From positions 1 to 32,513 of IMG/VR virus record IMGVR_UViG_3300051213_000576: 32,513 bases of DNA. One strand, written 5' to 3'. The notes under the pieces were generated by a model. That model did not search any database. It was not told the origin of the DNA and saw nothing but the letters and a program-made list of their open reading frames with translations. This document shows, piece by piece, positions 32,387 to 32,513 of this stretch. This stretch comes from a virus. Taxonomy: Duplodnaviria; Caudoviricetes. Made by a program: the position numbers and the translations under genes. The stretch's first letter is position 1. Each line of letters starts with the position of its first letter.

Positions 32387-32513
32387 GCGAGTACATCATA
32401 GCGGCCTGCGTTCAGCACCTTGACCAAGCGGTCGCGGATTTCTTGCTTTTGTACCGATTTCTCAAAACGCTCGCGCAGGCTTTCTTTGTCCTTGATGACT
32501 TTCTTGATATCGA
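32387..32513. repeat. Terminal direct repeat, copy 2
   Basis: Identical to 1-127. Confidence 0.97.

Noticed and set aside
32387-32513. 127 bp repeat as a biological terminal repeat
   Set aside because: It lies mid-gene and its length equals a common assembler k-mer; GpA-type terminases imply cos ends.
1-32513. Alternative genetic code, introns or inteins
   Set aside because: Standard-code ORFs tile the genome, and terL, helicase and portal have ordinary lengths.

Overview
The window is a complete circular genome (32,386 bp unique; bases 1-127 are repeated exactly at 32387-32513) of a temperate, siphovirus-like tailed phage captured in excised form. Almost all genes lie on the - strand. Late module: Nu1-like small terminase, ParB/DNA-methyltransferase fusion, GpA-type large terminase, lambda-type portal, ClpP protease with a probable nested scaffold, major capsid, neck and tail-tube genes, a frameshifted tail chaperone, tape measure, a run of small Cys-rich and collagen tail-tip genes, and a lysis cassette with a YkuD-motif enzyme. 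The module ends in a HExxH / metallophosphoesterase / wHTH trio. Early module: Cro/Xis-like genes, an inserted SF2 helicase cassette, RecT, YqaJ exonuclease, small accessory genes, RusA, SSB, a replication initiator with iterons and a sigma-region-4-like HTH protein. Only the repressor-like gene and the tyrosine integrase are on the + strand; they flank an intact attP matching the 3' half of tRNA-Thr(CGT). The most notable unexplained signals are: (i) a TTTGACA element only 13-16 nt upstream of late-gene start codons with no -10 box, twice directly behind terminators, plus a candidate cognate regulator; (ii) a ~168 nt multi-branched structured element upstream of SSB; (iii) two coexisting translation-initiation styles; (iv) a 26 bp duplication supplying the 3' ends of two convergent genes. 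Product calls come from motif recognition and synteny, not database searches. A Verrucomicrobiota-like host is a low-confidence impression only.
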